DNA of 64,000 bases from an uncultured bacterium (GCA_964387845.1 CAYLXA010000005.1:140955-204954); one strand, 5' to 3'; shown: positions 9,796 to 20,638, numbered from the stretch's first letter. Program-made: numbers and translations. Notes: a model not told the origin generated them from the letters alone.

Positions 9796-11605
9796 ACAGG
9801 TCCAGTCTCTGAACGATATTGTGGAGGTGCTTTCCAATTATATCGTTCTGAAACGCGCAGGACGCGGCTTCAAGGCGGTTTGCCCGTTTCACGGCGAAAA
9901 GACGCCCTCTTTTCACGTGAATCCCGAAAGGCAGATCTTTCATTGTTTCGGCTGCGGCGAAGGCGGCGATGTGTTTGCGTTTTTGATGAAGCACGAGCAG
10001 ATGAGCTTTCCGGAAGCGCTCAAGATGCTTGCCGAGCGCGTTCATGTGACGCTGCCCGAAACTAGTTTTCAGAAGCAGGAAAAAAGCCAAAGCGATGTTC
10101 TGTATCAGATTTATGAACAGGCGCAAAATTTCTACCGCGCTCAATTTTTGGAGACACAGGCGGCCGCAAAAGCACGCGACTACTGGAAAGCGCGCGGATT
10201 TGGTTCTGAAGAAGCAAAAACTTACGGCATCGGCTACGCGCCGGACGATTGGCGGCAGCTTTTTGAATTCTTGAGCAAAAAGGGTTTTAAACAGGACCTG
10301 CTTTTAAAAAGCGGCCTCTTCGGCCGTTCCGGACAGGGAAATCCGTATGACCTTTTCCGCTCGCGGCTCATGTTTCCGATTCATAATCTGCAGAACAAAG
10401 TGATGGCCTTTGGCGGCCGTATTCTCGAATCCGGAGCAAAAACAGACTCAAAATCCACGGAAAAGCAAGGCCCCAAATATTTGAATTCGCCCGAAACAGA
10501 CATATTTAAGAAGCGGCGCGAATTTTACGGGCTTCCGGCCGCGCGCAAATCGCTTCTTTCGCAGGGCGATATCCGCCGGTTTTTGATTGTCGAAGGTTAT
10601 ATGGATTGCATCCAGCTGCAGGTCCACGGATTTCAAAATACGGTCGCGACACTCGGAACGGCGCTCACGCCCGAGCATGTCCGGATCCTGAAACGCTACA
10701 TCGATGAAGCGATTATGGTTTATGACGGCGACAAAGCAGGCGAAGAGGCCGCGCTGCGCGGTTTGGATGTATTTTTGGAAGAAGGTTTGAGTGTCCGCGC
10801 ACTCAGTCTGCCGAAAGGAATGGACCCAGATGACTTTATCCGCTCAAAAGGCGAAGCGGCTTTGCGCGAAATGGTTGAGAACGCGCAGGATTTCTTCGAT
10901 TTTAAATTGCGGGCACTGCTTTCAAAATACAACAAGACGGATTCGATCGGGCTTCTTAAAATTACAAACGAATTTTTTGATACTTTTCTCAAAATTCAAA
11001 GCTCCGTGCTGCTGGACCGCTACCTGAAACGGCTTGCGTCTTCGCTCGGCGTCGACGAACGGTCTATCCGCCAGGAATTTTCGAAACTCCAGTCAAAAGG
11101 CAAAATGATGCGCCAAGGAGAGCCCGCTCAACCCGCTCAGCCCGCGCAACCAAAAGTCACGACCAGCGAGCTTGCATATGAAAAAGTGATGCTGGCGATT
11201 TTATTGCAGTATCCGCAGCTTTTGGAGTCATTCCGGTATGAGCTTCCGGATTATGAATTTCAGGGAAGGCAGTCGCGCGAACTTTTTCAGCTGCTTGGCC
11301 ATCAAATTTCGAAAAATCCGGAGCAGTTTTCGTCCGTCAAATTTTTGGGGCAGGTGACCGATGCCGTACTCAGGCGTTTTGTGAGCGAACTAGCCGTATC
11401 GGAATGGAGCGAGAGCGAAGCCGAGCGCGCTTTTCGCGATTGCCTGCAGAAAATGAAGCATGTCACCAAAGAAACCCAGCTCAAAGAACTCCGCAACAAA
11501 ATCAGCCGAGCCGAAGAAATCCGGGATCACAAGGCGGTCGATCAACTGATGCAGGAATATAAGCAGCTTCTCGGTTCGTCCGGTTCTAAGGCTTCTTTCG
11601 ATTAA
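9770..11605 (+). CDS. dnaG: DNA primase
   Basis: Zinc ribbon CPFHGEKTPSFHVNPERQIFHCFGCGEGGDVFAF, TOPRIM (LIVEGYMDCI...VYDGDKAGEEA), C-terminal helicase-binding domain. Confidence 0.95.
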   Translation: MAYDQRIIEQVQSLNDIVEVLSNYIVLKRAGRGFKAVCPFHGEKTPSFHVNPERQIFHCFGCGEGGDVFAFLMKHEQMSFPEALKMLAERVHVTLPETSFQKQEKSQSDVLYQIYEQAQNFYRAQFLETQAAAKARDYWKARGFGSEEAKTYGIGYAPDDWRQLFEFLSKKGFKQDLLLKSGLFGRSGQGNPYDLFRSRLMFPIHNLQNKVMAFGGRILESGAKTDSKSTEKQGPKYLNSPETDIFKKRREFYGLPAARKSLLSQGDIRRFLIVEGYMDCIQLQVHGFQNTVATLGTALTPEHVRILKRYIDEAIMVYDGDKAGEEAALRGLDVFLEEGLSVRALSLPKGMDPDDFIRSKGEAALREMVENAQDFFDFKLRALLSKYNKTDSIGLLKITNEFFDTFLKIQSSVLLDRYLKRLASSLGVDERSIRQEFSKLQSKGKMMRQGEPAQPAQPAQPKVTTSELAYEKVMLAILLQYPQLLESFRYELPDYEFQGRQSRELFQLLGHQISKNPEQFSSVKFLGQVTDAVLRRFVSELAVSEWSESEAERAFRDCLQKMKHVTKETQLKELRNKISRAEEIRDHKAVDQLMQEYKQLLGSSGSKASFD

Positions 11606-11636
11606 AAATCACTTCCTTGGAATCACCTTAAATTTT

Positions 11637-11666
11637 CTGTAAGTTATTTTAAATAAACAACTTACG
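11637..11666. repeat. short GTAAGT-type hairpin
   Basis: ctGTAAGTTattttaaataaacAACTTACg upstream of rpoD. Confidence 0.4.
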
Positions 11667-11708
11667 TCAATTTAACGCCTCACTTCTATTTCCAGTCGGT
11701 TTAATAAT

Positions 11709-11737
11709 TTGCAAAACAGGTGTGCAAAAGATACAAT
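11709..11737 (+). promoter_or_regulatory. candidate promoter TTGCAA-17-TACAAT upstream of rpoD
   Basis: TTGCAA 11709-11714, 17-nt spacer, TACAAT 11732-11737; it abuts the ATG at 11738, so either the mRNA is leaderless or the true start is downstream (MNKRKKK at 11789). Confidence 0.3.
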
Positions 11738-13621
11738 ATGCGCTTTTCACGAGAATCGCTGGCAAACCCGCTAACCCCATTGGCAGAAATGAATAAGCGC
11801 AAAAAGAAAACTTTGGCTCAAAAGAAAAAGAACAACAAGAAGTCAAAGCACGCTTTTAGCCATACACCTAAACGTCCAGCCAAGGCGAAATCGCGCCCTG
11901 CGGAAAAATCTAAAACAAAAGTTAAGGCACAGAAAACCCAAATTGCCGCCAAATCCCTTACCCGTGAAGCCGTTCACAAATTAGCCAAACTGGCACAGCA
12001 GGCAACCGCTGCCATCGGCAAGCTCAAGAACAATAAAGATGAGAAGGGTAAAACGTCTGCCGGAAAACCGAAGAGTTATCAGGACGCGCTCAATAAACTA
12101 ATTGCGCTTGGCAAAAAGCAGGGCTATTTAACCTACGAACAGATCAACAACGCCATTCCGTCCGAAATCATGGAATCGGATAAGATCGAAGAAGTTATTA
12201 CGGCGCTTTCCGAGAAAAATATCGAAATTACCACCAGCGCGGTCCAGCGCGAAAAAGGCGCGCCCGCTGCGGATGATAAAGATTCCGACAAAGATTCCAG
12301 CGATGAAAAGGAAGGCGAGGAGTTTGAGCGCGTCCGCATGGACGATCCTGTCCGGATGTATTTGCGGCAGATGGGCCAAATTCCGCTTTTAAAACGCGAA
12401 GAGGAAATCGCGCTCGCCAAACGCATCGAAGCAGCAGAAGCCGATTTGAAACGCGCCGTCTATGAAATCCGTGCGGCCCGCGGCGAAGTTCTTAACCTGG
12501 TCAATCAAATCCTTCGCGGTGAAGTCAGCCTCGAAGCGATTATAGAAGAAGACGAGCAGGACAAAATTATGGTTACGAAGCGTGCGCTGCAGAAGCTCAC
12601 GCGCAAGCTCCGGTCTTCGCGGAAGGGTTCGGACAATGTGCAGCTTTTGATGCAATTTAATCTGCATCCTGCCATCGTCGAGAAAATTTTGGCGAATTTG
12701 CGTTCCAAATTGCGGGAACTCGACCGTAACCGCCGCGATATCAAGCGTTACAAAAAATCACATGTTCGCGGAAAAGTAACAAACCTGATTTTACGAAACC
12801 GTGAAATCAATCGTGAATTCGGCGAAACGGAAGCTAAAATTTATGACCATATGAAAGTGGTGGTCGAAAAAGAGCGGGAATTGGCGCGCGCCAAAAAAGC
12901 GCTGACTGCCGCCAATTTGAGGCTTGTGGTCAGTATTGCAAAAAAATATACAAACCGCGGGCTTTCATTTCTGGATTTAATTCAGGAAGGCAATATCGGC
13001 CTCATGAAAGCGGTCGACAAATTCGAATACAAACGCGGTTATAAATTTTCGACCTACGCAACTTGGTGGATCCGGCAGGCCATCACGCGTTCGATTGCCG
13101 ATCAAGCGCGCACGATCAGGATTCCCGTCCACATGATCGAAACCATTAATAAGTTTTTCCGCGCTTCGCGGCATTTGGTCCAGGAAACCGGCCGCGAGCC
13201 GACGCCGGAAGAAGTTGCGCGCGTGATGAAAATGCCGCTCGATAAAGTAAAAGGCATTTTGAAAATCGCACAGGAACCGATTTCACTTCAAACACCGATC
13301 GGAGATGAAGGGGATACGCAATTCGGCGATTTTATCGAAGACAAATCTGCCGTGTCGCCCGCAAACGCAACGGCGTATTCAATGCTCAAAGAGCAGATGA
13401 ATGATGTTCTAGATACTTTGACGGAGCGCGAAGAAAAAGTGTTGCGCCTGCGCTTCGGGATCGGCGACGGCTATCCGCGCACGCTCGAAGAAGTCGGCCA
13501 GATTTTTAACGTGACGCGCGAACGTGTCCGTCAGATTGAAGCCAAAGCGCTGCGGAAACTCCGCCATCCAACCCGTTCGCGCAAACTCAAGAATTTCCTC
13601 GATATCAAGTTAAGCGATTAA
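11738..13621 (+). CDS. rpoD: RNA polymerase sigma-70 factor with Lys-rich N-terminal extension
   Basis: Regions 1.2 to 4.2 present ([73 protein letters not shown]); alternative starts are GTG 11720 and ATG 11789; about 110-aa K/A/P-rich tract precedes region 1.1. Confidence 0.9.
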   Translation: MRFSRESLANPLTPLAEMNKRKKKTLAQKKKNNKKSKHAFSHTPKRPAKAKSRPAEKSKTKVKAQKTQIAAKSLTREAVHKLAKLAQQATAAIGKLKNNKDEKGKTSAGKPKSYQDALNKLIALGKKQGYLTYEQINNAIPSEIMESDKIEEVITALSEKNIEITTSAVQREKGAPAADDKDSDKDSSDEKEGEEFERVRMDDPVRMYLRQMGQIPLLKREEEIALAKRIEAAEADLKRAVYEIRAARGEVLNLVNQILRGEVSLEAIIEEDEQDKIMVTKRALQKLTRKLRSSRKGSDNVQLLMQFNLHPAIVEKILANLRSKLRELDRNRRDIKRYKKSHVRGKVTNLILRNREINREFGETEAKIYDHMKVVVEKERELARAKKALTAANLRLVVSIAKKYTNRGLSFLDLIQEGNIGLMKAVDKFEYKRGYKFSTYATWWIRQAITRSIADQARTIRIPVHMIETINKFFRASRHLVQETGREPTPEEVARVMKMPLDKVKGILKIAQEPISLQTPIGDEGDTQFGDFIEDKSAVSPANATAYSMLKEQMNDVLDTLTEREEKVLRLRFGIGDGYPRTLEEVGQIFNVTRERVRQIEAKALRKLRHPTRSRKLKNFLDIKLSD

Positions 13622-13739
13622 ATCAGTTTTTCGCGAATTTCCTCTTTGCAGGGCTTTTATTTGTCCGCATAAAGGCTCTGTACATCCGAAGTTTTAAGCG
13701 TATAATTGCCCACATCGCCTTTCAACACAGGAGTTTGTC

Positions 13740-14333
13740 ATGAAAAGTGCTGCTTTTAAGTCATTTCTCCTTTTATCCCTATCTTTCTTTGCCGTTCAAC
13801 CCGCTTTTGCCGCTCAATATAAAATTGATCCCGATCACACGACGGTACAATTCGAAATCAAACATCTGCTCACCAACGTGCGCGGCCGGTTCAATCATTT
13901 CAGCGGAAGTTTCACTTATGAAGCCGGTAAGCCTGAAACCTGGAATGCCAATGTTAACATTCAGGCCGAAAGCATCGATACGAACGTTTCGGCGCGCGAC
14001 AAGCATTTGCGGTCCGAAGACTTCGTCGATGTTGAAAAATTTCCGATATTGAAATTTGAAAGCACAGGTGTTTCGGATGCGGGTGAATCGAGTTTTAAGC
14101 TGCAGGGCAATTTAACGATTCATGGCGTGACGAAACCCGTGACATTTGATGCCGAAATTTTAGGGACCGCAAAAGATCCTTGGGGTAATACATTTGCAAG
14201 TTTTACGGCTACGGCCAAGATTAACCGCAAAGATTTCGGGTTGACTTGGAATCAGGCCGTGGAAACAGGCGGATTCCTGGTTGGGGACGAAGTGACCATC
14301 ATGCTGGAAGTGGCGGGATTACTTCAAGCGTAA
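13740..14333 (+). CDS. YceI-family periplasmic protein
   Basis: Signal peptide then YKIDPDHTTVQFEIKHLLTNVRGRFNHFSGSF: the YceI polyisoprenoid-binding fold signature. Confidence 0.8.
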   Translation: MKSAAFKSFLLLSLSFFAVQPAFAAQYKIDPDHTTVQFEIKHLLTNVRGRFNHFSGSFTYEAGKPETWNANVNIQAESIDTNVSARDKHLRSEDFVDVEKFPILKFESTGVSDAGESSFKLQGNLTIHGVTKPVTFDAEILGTAKDPWGNTFASFTATAKINRKDFGLTWNQAVETGGFLVGDEVTIMLEVAGLLQA

Positions 14334-14394
14334 TGGGAACTATTTCCGGCCGGAATGTGTTAAGTCAATAACATCAACAACAGGAGGAGTACAA

Positions 14395-14652
14395 GTGGAA
14401 AAGAAGAATAGCAAAAAGAAAGCATTGTTGGCGGCGTCCATCGCAGGCTTAATTGCGGTTGCAGGCGCGGTGTTGCCGGCATCAGTTGCTTATGCGGAAG
14501 ATGTAAAATGTTCAGGCGTCAATGCTTGCAAGGGCAATGGCGATTGCGGCGGCGCGGGAAGTTCTTGTGCTGGTTCTAATGCCTGCAAAGGCCAGGGCTG
14601 GATTTCGGTTTCTGAGAAGGCCTGCAAGCAGCTCGGCGGAACAGTGGCTTAA
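14395..14652 (+). CDS. DUF2282-type secreted Cys-rich peptide (bufferin-like RiPP precursor)
   Basis: GTG start 7 nt after AGGAGG; Sec signal MEKKNSKKKALLAASIAGLIAVAGAVLPASVAYA; core KCSGVNACKGNGDCGGAGSSCAGSNACKGQGWISVSEKACKQLGG has 6 Cys in the KC.GV/DC/SCAG/W..V/C..LGG pattern of DUF2282. Confidence 0.7.
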   Translation: MEKKNSKKKALLAASIAGLIAVAGAVLPASVAYAEDVKCSGVNACKGNGDCGGAGSSCAGSNACKGQGWISVSEKACKQLGGTVA

Positions 14653-14708
14653 TAGCTGTGCCTTGAGTTGGTTTGTTGAAATACCGTGAAGCGTGACTGG
14701 AAAATGCA

Positions 14709-16427
14709 ATGAGCAAGATCACAAGCCGCGGCGTCGGAGTCGGTTTAAGAAAAGAGCACTACCCATCGATTCTTGAAAAATGGCCGCCCATGGATTGGTT
14801 TGAGGCCATTTCCGAGAATTACATGGATACGGGCGGCCGGCCGCTTGCTGCTTTGGAAAAAGTTCGTGCGCATTATCCCGTCGCGCTTCACGGTACTTCG
14901 ATGTCGCTTGGCTCTACCGATCCTTTCCATCCCGATTATTTGCCCCGTCTGAAAAAATTAATCGATCGCATCGATCCTTTTATTGTTTCGGACCACCTTT
15001 GCTGGTCCGGCGTCGACAAAAACCACCTTTACGACTTACTGCCGCTTCCGTTTACCGAAGAGGCCATCCGGCACTTGGTTTCGCGCATTCAGCAGGTCCA
15101 GGAATATTTGGGGCGCTCCATCCTGATTGAAAATGTTTCGACTTACATCACTTTCAAGAACTCCGAAATCAGCGAATGGGAATTTATTTCCGAAATTTCA
15201 AAGCGTTCAGGATGCGGCATTCTGCTTGATCTCAACAACATTTATGTCAATTCCGTTAATCACCATTTTGACCCTTTCGACTATATTCAAAACATTCCAA
15301 CCGAAGCCGTCGGTCAGTTTCATTTGGCGGGGCACACGGATATGGGAAAATATTTATTTGATACACACAGCGGTGCCGTGATTGACCGGGTTTGGGATCT
15401 GTACCGGAAAGCACTTGAGCGATTCGGACAAGTTTCAACCTTAATCGAGTGGGACGCCGAAATCCCGAGTTTCGAGAAGTTATCCGAAGAAGCCGCGAAA
15501 GCGCGGAATGTTTACAAAGAGTTTCCAGCCGTTGTTGCGAGGCATGAACCAAGCGGCGCCGAAGCAATCTCTGAATCGCAGATTGCTTCGACATCAACTT
15601 TGGAAACATCTCGCAATGACCGCAAAATTTTACTTTCCGAAATTCAAAAAAAATTCAGGCCCCGAATCCAGCCAAAGCGCCAGGCATTTGATCCTGCCGG
15701 CGAAGTTTTGAATCCCCAGGGCGGCGATCCGGGCGAAGTGCGCCTTGATGTTTACTCAAACGGTTATGTTGCGAGGTTCCAGGAGTCGCTCTCAGAAGTG
15801 TTCGAAGCTGTACACGCAGTCTTGGGCGATAGCGCATTCTATGATTTGGCGAGCGAATACACATTTCATTATCCGTCGATGCATTACAATTTAAATTTAG
15901 TCGGCTGTCATTTTCCGGATTTTTTAAAAACGCACCCGCTTTCAAAAAAAGTTCCTTTTTTGGCTGATTTGGCGCAGCTCGAGTGGCAAATTTCAGCGGC
16001 TTTTCATGCCTACGATATCGAGCCGATCAATCCGGCGCAGCTTGCGTCGATTCCGGCGGAGGAGTGGGAAGATCTGAGGGTGACTTTTCAGCCGTCGGTT
16101 TCGCTGCTTTCGTCGACATGGCCCGTGCTCGATATTTGGCTGAAACGGCATGAGCGCGCAGAGCGAGTCAATATCGACTTAGAAAACAGGCCTCAACATG
16201 TATTAATCGGGCGCCGCGAACTTCAAGTCCGGTGCGAATTTTTGGATTCACTCCAGTTTCACTTAATCAAAGGACTTTTAAACGGCCAAACGCTGGGCGA
16301 GGTATGCGGTGAGTTGGCGGATTTGGTTGAGGATGAAACCGAAATTCCCATAACCGATTGGTTTCAGCGCTGGGTCCGGGATCAAATGATTGTTCGCTGC
16401 GAATCTGCACGTCAAGCATCTTTGTAA
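14709..16427 (+). CDS. fused DUF692 (multinuclear non-heme-iron oxidase, MbnB/BufB-like) and DUF2063 (MbnC/BufC-like partner) protein
   Basis: aa 1-280: GVGLRKEHY...DWFEAISENYM...ALHGTSMSLGSTDP...FIVSDHLCWSG...ILIENVSTYI...GCGILLDLNNIYVNSVNH...FHLAGH (DUF692 TIM barrel); aa 330-572: VYSNGYVARFQESL...SAFYDLASEYTFHYPSMHYNLN...FLADLAQLEWQISAAFHA (DUF2063); single continuous frame. Confidence 0.85.
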   Translation: MSKITSRGVGVGLRKEHYPSILEKWPPMDWFEAISENYMDTGGRPLAALEKVRAHYPVALHGTSMSLGSTDPFHPDYLPRLKKLIDRIDPFIVSDHLCWSGVDKNHLYDLLPLPFTEEAIRHLVSRIQQVQEYLGRSILIENVSTYITFKNSEISEWEFISEISKRSGCGILLDLNNIYVNSVNHHFDPFDYIQNIPTEAVGQFHLAGHTDMGKYLFDTHSGAVIDRVWDLYRKALERFGQVSTLIEWDAEIPSFEKLSEEAAKARNVYKEFPAVVARHEPSGAEAISESQIASTSTLETSRNDRKILLSEIQKKFRPRIQPKRQAFDPAGEVLNPQGGDPGEVRLDVYSNGYVARFQESLSEVFEAVHAVLGDSAFYDLASEYTFHYPSMHYNLNLVGCHFPDFLKTHPLSKKVPFLADLAQLEWQISAAFHAYDIEPINPAQLASIPAEEWEDLRVTFQPSVSLLSSTWPVLDIWLKRHERAERVNIDLENRPQHVLIGRRELQVRCEFLDSLQFHLIKGLLNGQTLGEVCGELADLVEDETEIPITDWFQRWVRDQMIVRCESARQASL

Positions 16428-16563
16428 GTTATTTTACCATAATAGTTTATATAAATTCCATTGGTCGCCCATTGACGGCACTGTTTTTACTGGTTATTAT
16501 TATCAGGTCAGTTTCGGAATCAATCTTTGATTCAATTCGAGCGAGTTTATCAGGAGGAAAAAG

Positions 16564-16863
16564 ATGAAAAAGTTTTTTGCAGTGTTTGCAGTTTTGTTTT
16601 TGGCGGTTTTTGTGTTTTCAAGCCCGGCACTTCTTATTGCCGAGGAAGCAGCTCAACCGGCAGCTCCGGAAGAGCCTGTTGTTGAGCCTGCTGTAGCCGA
16701 ACCCGCGGATGCATTGGTGGATGAAATGGATTCGGAAGAGTATTTTGATGAAGCCAAGGTTCTTCGTGATGCAGCGGCAAAGCTGAAAGGAATGGCGGGC
16801 GATGCGGAAGCTCAAAAGTTAGCCGGCCAGCTCGAAGAATTAGCGTCTGATTACGAATATTAA
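16564..16863 (+). CDS. small secreted acidic protein (hypothetical)
   Basis: Signal peptide MKKFFAVFAVLFLAVFVFSSPALLIA, then a Glu/Ala/Pro-rich 70 aa; followed by a strong terminator. Confidence 0.5.
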   Translation: MKKFFAVFAVLFLAVFVFSSPALLIAEEAAQPAAPEEPVVEPAVAEPADALVDEMDSEEYFDEAKVLRDAAAKLKGMAGDAEAQKLAGQLEELASDYEY

Positions 16864-16888
16864 TCGATTGTAGTTTGTTCACCAAAAA

Positions 16889-16920
16889 GGCCAGCAGCTG
16901 AACACTGCTGGCCTTTTTTT
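16889..16920. terminator. intrinsic terminator
   Basis: ggccagcag-ctgaaca-ctgctggcc then TTTTTTT. Confidence 0.75.
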
Positions 16921-16933
16921 CTCAGGGAAGTTC

Positions 16934-19072
16934 ATGCCGTCTCACTCACAAAAGTCTCCCAATCATCTGATCCGGGAAAAAAGTCCCTATCTTTTGCAGC
17001 ACGCCTATAATCCGGTCCATTGGTATCCGTGGGGCGGGGAAGCTTTTCAAAAATCCAAACTCGAAGACAAGCCCATCTTTCTTTCGATCGGATACTCAAC
17101 CTGCCACTGGTGCCACGTAATGGAAGAAGAATCTTTCGAGAATCAAGCGGTCGCGGATATCCTGAACGAATATTTTGTATCGATCAAAGTGGACCGGGAA
17201 GAGCGGCCGGACGTGGACGGTATTTATATGAAAGCTGTCATGGCCATGACCGGCTCAGGCGGTTGGCCGATGAGTGTTTTTCTGACACCGGATTTAGAAC
17301 CTTTTTACGGCGGCACATATTTTCCGCCGGAAAGCCGCTACGGGCGTCCGGGATTCCTTACCATCTTGAATGCGATTGCGGATAAATGGAAAACCGAGAA
17401 AGGTTCTATGACAAGCGCCGGCAAAGAATTAGCCGGAGCGCTTCGGGCCGATTCGGAAAACGAGCCCGGTCAAAAAGCCGCATTGGATCAAAAGCTGCTT
17501 TCGGTTGCTTTTCATCAATTGGAATCCCAATATGACGGAGCCTTGGGCGGATTCGGCGGAGCACCGAAATTTCCGCGAAGCCACGTTATGTCTTACTTGT
17601 TCCGGTTTTGGAAACGCTCAGGGGAATCCGTGGCACTTGATATGTCGCTTCAAACGCTGCGTGAAATGGCGAAGGGCGGCATGTATGACCATGTGGGCGG
17701 CGGATTTCACCGATACTCCACCGATGCCAAATGGCACATCCCGCATTTCGAAAAAATGCTTTACGACCAGGCGCTGATCGCCAAAACCTATCTCGAAGCA
17801 TATCAGGCCACGCATGAGGAAAACTTTGCAAATGTAGCAGGGGAAATATTTAATTATGTGCTCCATGATATGAAAGCCCCCGAGGGGGCATTCTATTCTG
17901 CCGAAGATGCCGATAGCTTGCCGGAGAAAGACTCAGCCAAAAAAACAGAAGGCGCATTTTATATTTGGAGCGAGAAAGAAATTTTGGCGCTCTTGGGTGA
18001 AAAAAACGGAAAGTTTTTTAATTTCATCTTTGGTGTTGAACCGGACGGCAATGCCGAAACCGATCCTCATGGTGAGTTTACCGGAAAGAATATTTTGTAC
18101 TTAGCGCATTCGATTGATGAAGCGGCAAAAAATTTTAATAAAACCGAAGAAGAAATCAAAAAAATCGTCCGAGAATCAAAAACCATCTTACTAAAAGCGC
18201 GCGCAGAACGCCCAAAACCGCATCTGGATGACAAAATTTTGGCCGACTGGAACGGCTTGATGATTTCAGCGCTCGCATCGGGTTCGCTCATTCTTCGAAA
18301 TCCGTGCTATGCGGAGGTTGCTTGCAAAGCCGCCGATTTCATTATGGAGAAAATGACGATTCACGGGAAACTCATGCACCGTTACCGCGACGGAGAAGTG
18401 GCAATCGAAGGATTTCTGGATGATTATGCGTTTTTCTCGAACGCGCTTTTGGATCTTTATGAGGCGACTTTTCAGGTGCGGTATTTGAGTGAAGCGGCTC
18501 GGTTGGTTGAAAGAATGAATGCGCTTTTTTGGGATGGAAAAAGCGGAGGCTACTTTTTCTCAAGCTCTGGCGGCGAAAAATTGATTGCTCGAAGTAAGGA
18601 AATTTATGATGGCGCGATTCCTTCGGGGAATTCCGTAGCGGCAATGGTATTGGTTCGGCTTAACCGGATGACGGCAAAATCCGAATACGAAAAGCGTGCC
18701 GGTGAATTATTCGACGCGTTTTCTGTTCAGCTTGCGCAGTTTCCGGCCGGATATCCGCAGATGATGATGGCGTTTGATTTTTCGCAAGGCCCCTCGCGCG
18801 AAATCGTGATCGCGGGCAATCAAAAAGCCGAAGAGGTCCGGAAAATAGCCGATATAATATTCAGCACATTTTCGCCGAACCAAGTAGTTCTGTTTCATCC
18901 TCAGGACGGAAGTGAGGCAGAAGCGGTTGAGCAGTTGGCACCGTTCGTGAAGAGCCAAGGACTTGTGAGCGGCAAACCGGCGGTTTATATTTGTGAGAAT
19001 TACACATGTTCGCTTCCTGTGACGGATGTGTCAGATTTAAAAAAGAAATTGGGAGTTAGTGGAAATGCCTGA
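16934..19072 (+). CDS. thioredoxin-domain protein of the YyaL/DUF255 family (N-terminal Trx fold plus six-hairpin glycosidase-like domain)
   Basis: [45 protein letters not shown] motif typical of DUF255/SSP411. Confidence 0.8.
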   Translation: MPSHSQKSPNHLIREKSPYLLQHAYNPVHWYPWGGEAFQKSKLEDKPIFLSIGYSTCHWCHVMEEESFENQAVADILNEYFVSIKVDREERPDVDGIYMKAVMAMTGSGGWPMSVFLTPDLEPFYGGTYFPPESRYGRPGFLTILNAIADKWKTEKGSMTSAGKELAGALRADSENEPGQKAALDQKLLSVAFHQLESQYDGALGGFGGAPKFPRSHVMSYLFRFWKRSGESVALDMSLQTLREMAKGGMYDHVGGGFHRYSTDAKWHIPHFEKMLYDQALIAKTYLEAYQATHEENFANVAGEIFNYVLHDMKAPEGAFYSAEDADSLPEKDSAKKTEGAFYIWSEKEILALLGEKNGKFFNFIFGVEPDGNAETDPHGEFTGKNILYLAHSIDEAAKNFNKTEEEIKKIVRESKTILLKARAERPKPHLDDKILADWNGLMISALASGSLILRNPCYAEVACKAADFIMEKMTIHGKLMHRYRDGEVAIEGFLDDYAFFSNALLDLYEATFQVRYLSEAARLVERMNALFWDGKSGGYFFSSSGGEKLIARSKEIYDGAIPSGNSVAAMVLVRLNRMTAKSEYEKRAGELFDAFSVQLAQFPAGYPQMMMAFDFSQGPSREIVIAGNQKAEEVRKIADIIFSTFSPNQVVLFHPQDGSEAEAVEQLAPFVKSQGLVSGKPAVYICENYTCSLPVTDVSDLKKKLGVSGNA

Positions 19073-20264
19073 AAGTTTTCTTGAAATCCTAAGTATTTAT
19101 CTGCTTGGGCTTGGACTCAATCTGACGCCCTGCGTGTATCCCATGCTATCGATTACTGTTTCTCTATTTGGACGGCAAACGGGCGGGCACCATCATCACT
19201 CAGCTTTGAAGGCAATTGTCTATGTGCTTGGGATGGCAGCCATGTACAGTGCGCTTGGCGTGACAGCAGCACTGACGGGCGGATTTTTCGGTTCATTTCT
19301 GCAAAATACTTATATCTTGCTAGCGATCGGTGCCGTTTTGGTGGCGCTTGCGCTCAGCATGTTCGGCTTTTATCAAATTAATGCACCCTCCTGGATTCTG
19401 CAGAGAATCGGCGCTCCCAAACACGTGGGGCTCATCGGCATTTTTTTCTCTGGGCTGATGGTGGGTATTATCGCCGCGCCTTGCGTGGGGCCGCCCGTCA
19501 TCGCACTCTTGGCGATTGTGGGTTCGCGTGGCGAACCGCTTTATGGATTCCTCGTATTCTTTGTTCTATCCATCGGGCTCGGAACACCCTATTTAATATT
19601 GGGAACATTCTCCGAGCTGCTCCGAAAAATCCCAAAATCAGGGGTTTGGCTTATTTGGATGGAACGTTTTTTTGGTGTCGTACTTCTTGCGATGGCGGCG
19701 TATTATTTCTTAATTGCACTAAATCCTACGCTTCTCAAATGGCTTCCGACCGCGGCACTTGTGCTGGGCGGTATTTATCTCGGATTTCTAGAAACATCGG
19801 GAAATCAAAAAATAAAATTCAATCGCTTTAAGAAAACAGTAGGTGTTATTGCAGTCGTTGTTGGTTTGGCACTTCCTTTTACAGGGCCGAAGCAAAATGT
19901 GGTTTGGGAAGCGTATTCAGCTGAAAAGATAGAAACCGCGAAAGCCGCGGGGCAGCCTGTTATCTTTGATTTCTATGCCGATTGGTGCATTCCTTGTCAT
20001 GAGCTGGACCGGTTTACTTATTCAGACCCCGAAGTTATCAAAGCGCTCGATCATTTTCTCCGCATCAAAGTTGATTTGACTGACACGGATACACCTGAAG
20101 CCGAAGAGCTGACGGATAAGTACGAGATTGTCGGCGTCCCCACCATCGTTTTCCTGGATAAGCAGGGAAATGAAGTCGAGGAGGCCCGCACAAACGGCTT
20201 CATTGATGCCCAGGAAATGCTCGAAATCCTGAATTCGCCTTCTTTTGTAGAACCAACTTCCTAA
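19059..20264 (+). CDS. DsbD-like thiol:disulfide interchange protein (CcdA-type membrane domain fused to C-terminal thioredoxin)
   Basis: [14 protein letters not shown] and [15 protein letters not shown] Cys pairs in TM helices; C-terminal [15 protein letters not shown] Trx motif. Confidence 0.75.
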   Translation: MEMPESFLEILSIYLLGLGLNLTPCVYPMLSITVSLFGRQTGGHHHHSALKAIVYVLGMAAMYSALGVTAALTGGFFGSFLQNTYILLAIGAVLVALALSMFGFYQINAPSWILQRIGAPKHVGLIGIFFSGLMVGIIAAPCVGPPVIALLAIVGSRGEPLYGFLVFFVLSIGLGTPYLILGTFSELLRKIPKSGVWLIWMERFFGVVLLAMAAYYFLIALNPTLLKWLPTAALVLGGIYLGFLETSGNQKIKFNRFKKTVGVIAVVVGLALPFTGPKQNVVWEAYSAEKIETAKAAGQPVIFDFYADWCIPCHELDRFTYSDPEVIKALDHFLRIKVDLTDTDTPEAEELTDKYEIVGVPTIVFLDKQGNEVEEARTNGFIDAQEMLEILNSPSFVEPTS

Positions 20265-20367
20265 TCCAAATTTTTATTGACTTTCATAATCATCATATAC
20301 AATATACATTTCTTAATAACTCACCACGCTCATCTCCGCGCAAGACGGTTTGACTTCCGCTTCTTCT

Positions 20368-20390
20368 AGTATATACTTTAGGTATATACC
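20368..20390. promoter_or_regulatory. putative antitoxin operator (tandem palindromic GTATATAC x2) over the RBS
   Basis: agtatatac-ttta-ggtatatacc immediately upstream of AGGAGG and the antitoxin start. Confidence 0.4.
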
Positions 20391-20401
20391 AGGAGGCCTC
20401 C

Positions 20402-20638
20402 ATGAAAGTATTGTCGCTTAAATTAAGAGATGATGTGTTTGACGAAGTCGAGCAAGTAATCAAAAAAAACAATATGCCGCGTAACGCGTATATTAATGAG
20501 GCGCTCATTTTTTTCAATCAGTTAAACAAGCGGAAATGGATGAGAAAAAAACTGCAGAAGGAGTCTCTCTTGACGCGGGGGGTTTCCATGGAAGTACTGC
20601 GTGAAATGGAAAAGTTAGAAGACAGCTTGGATTCATGA
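20402..20638 (+). CDS. type II antitoxin (putative, MazE/RHH-like)
   Basis: 78 aa, precedes the MazF-like toxin by 4 nt; N-terminal DNA-binding-like segment. Confidence 0.5.
   Translation: MKVLSLKLRDDVFDEVEQVIKKNNMPRNAYINEALIFFNQLNKRKWMRKKLQKESLLTRGVSMEVLREMEKLEDSLDS

Noticed and set aside
11720-11737. GTG at 11720 as the rpoD start
   Set aside because: It would place the candidate -10 hexamer inside the coding sequence; ATG 11738 or 11789 are more plausible, but left unresolved
14344-14355. TTCCGGCCGGAA 12-bp palindrome upstream of the precursor peptide as a metal-regulator operator
   Set aside because: A single short palindrome with no partner site; could equally be a weak hairpin after yceI; insufficient evidence
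16358-16567. 69-aa ORF overlapping the end of the DUF692-DUF2063 gene
   Set aside because: Alternative frame across a gene end and AT-rich promoter; hydrophobic low-complexity; no support
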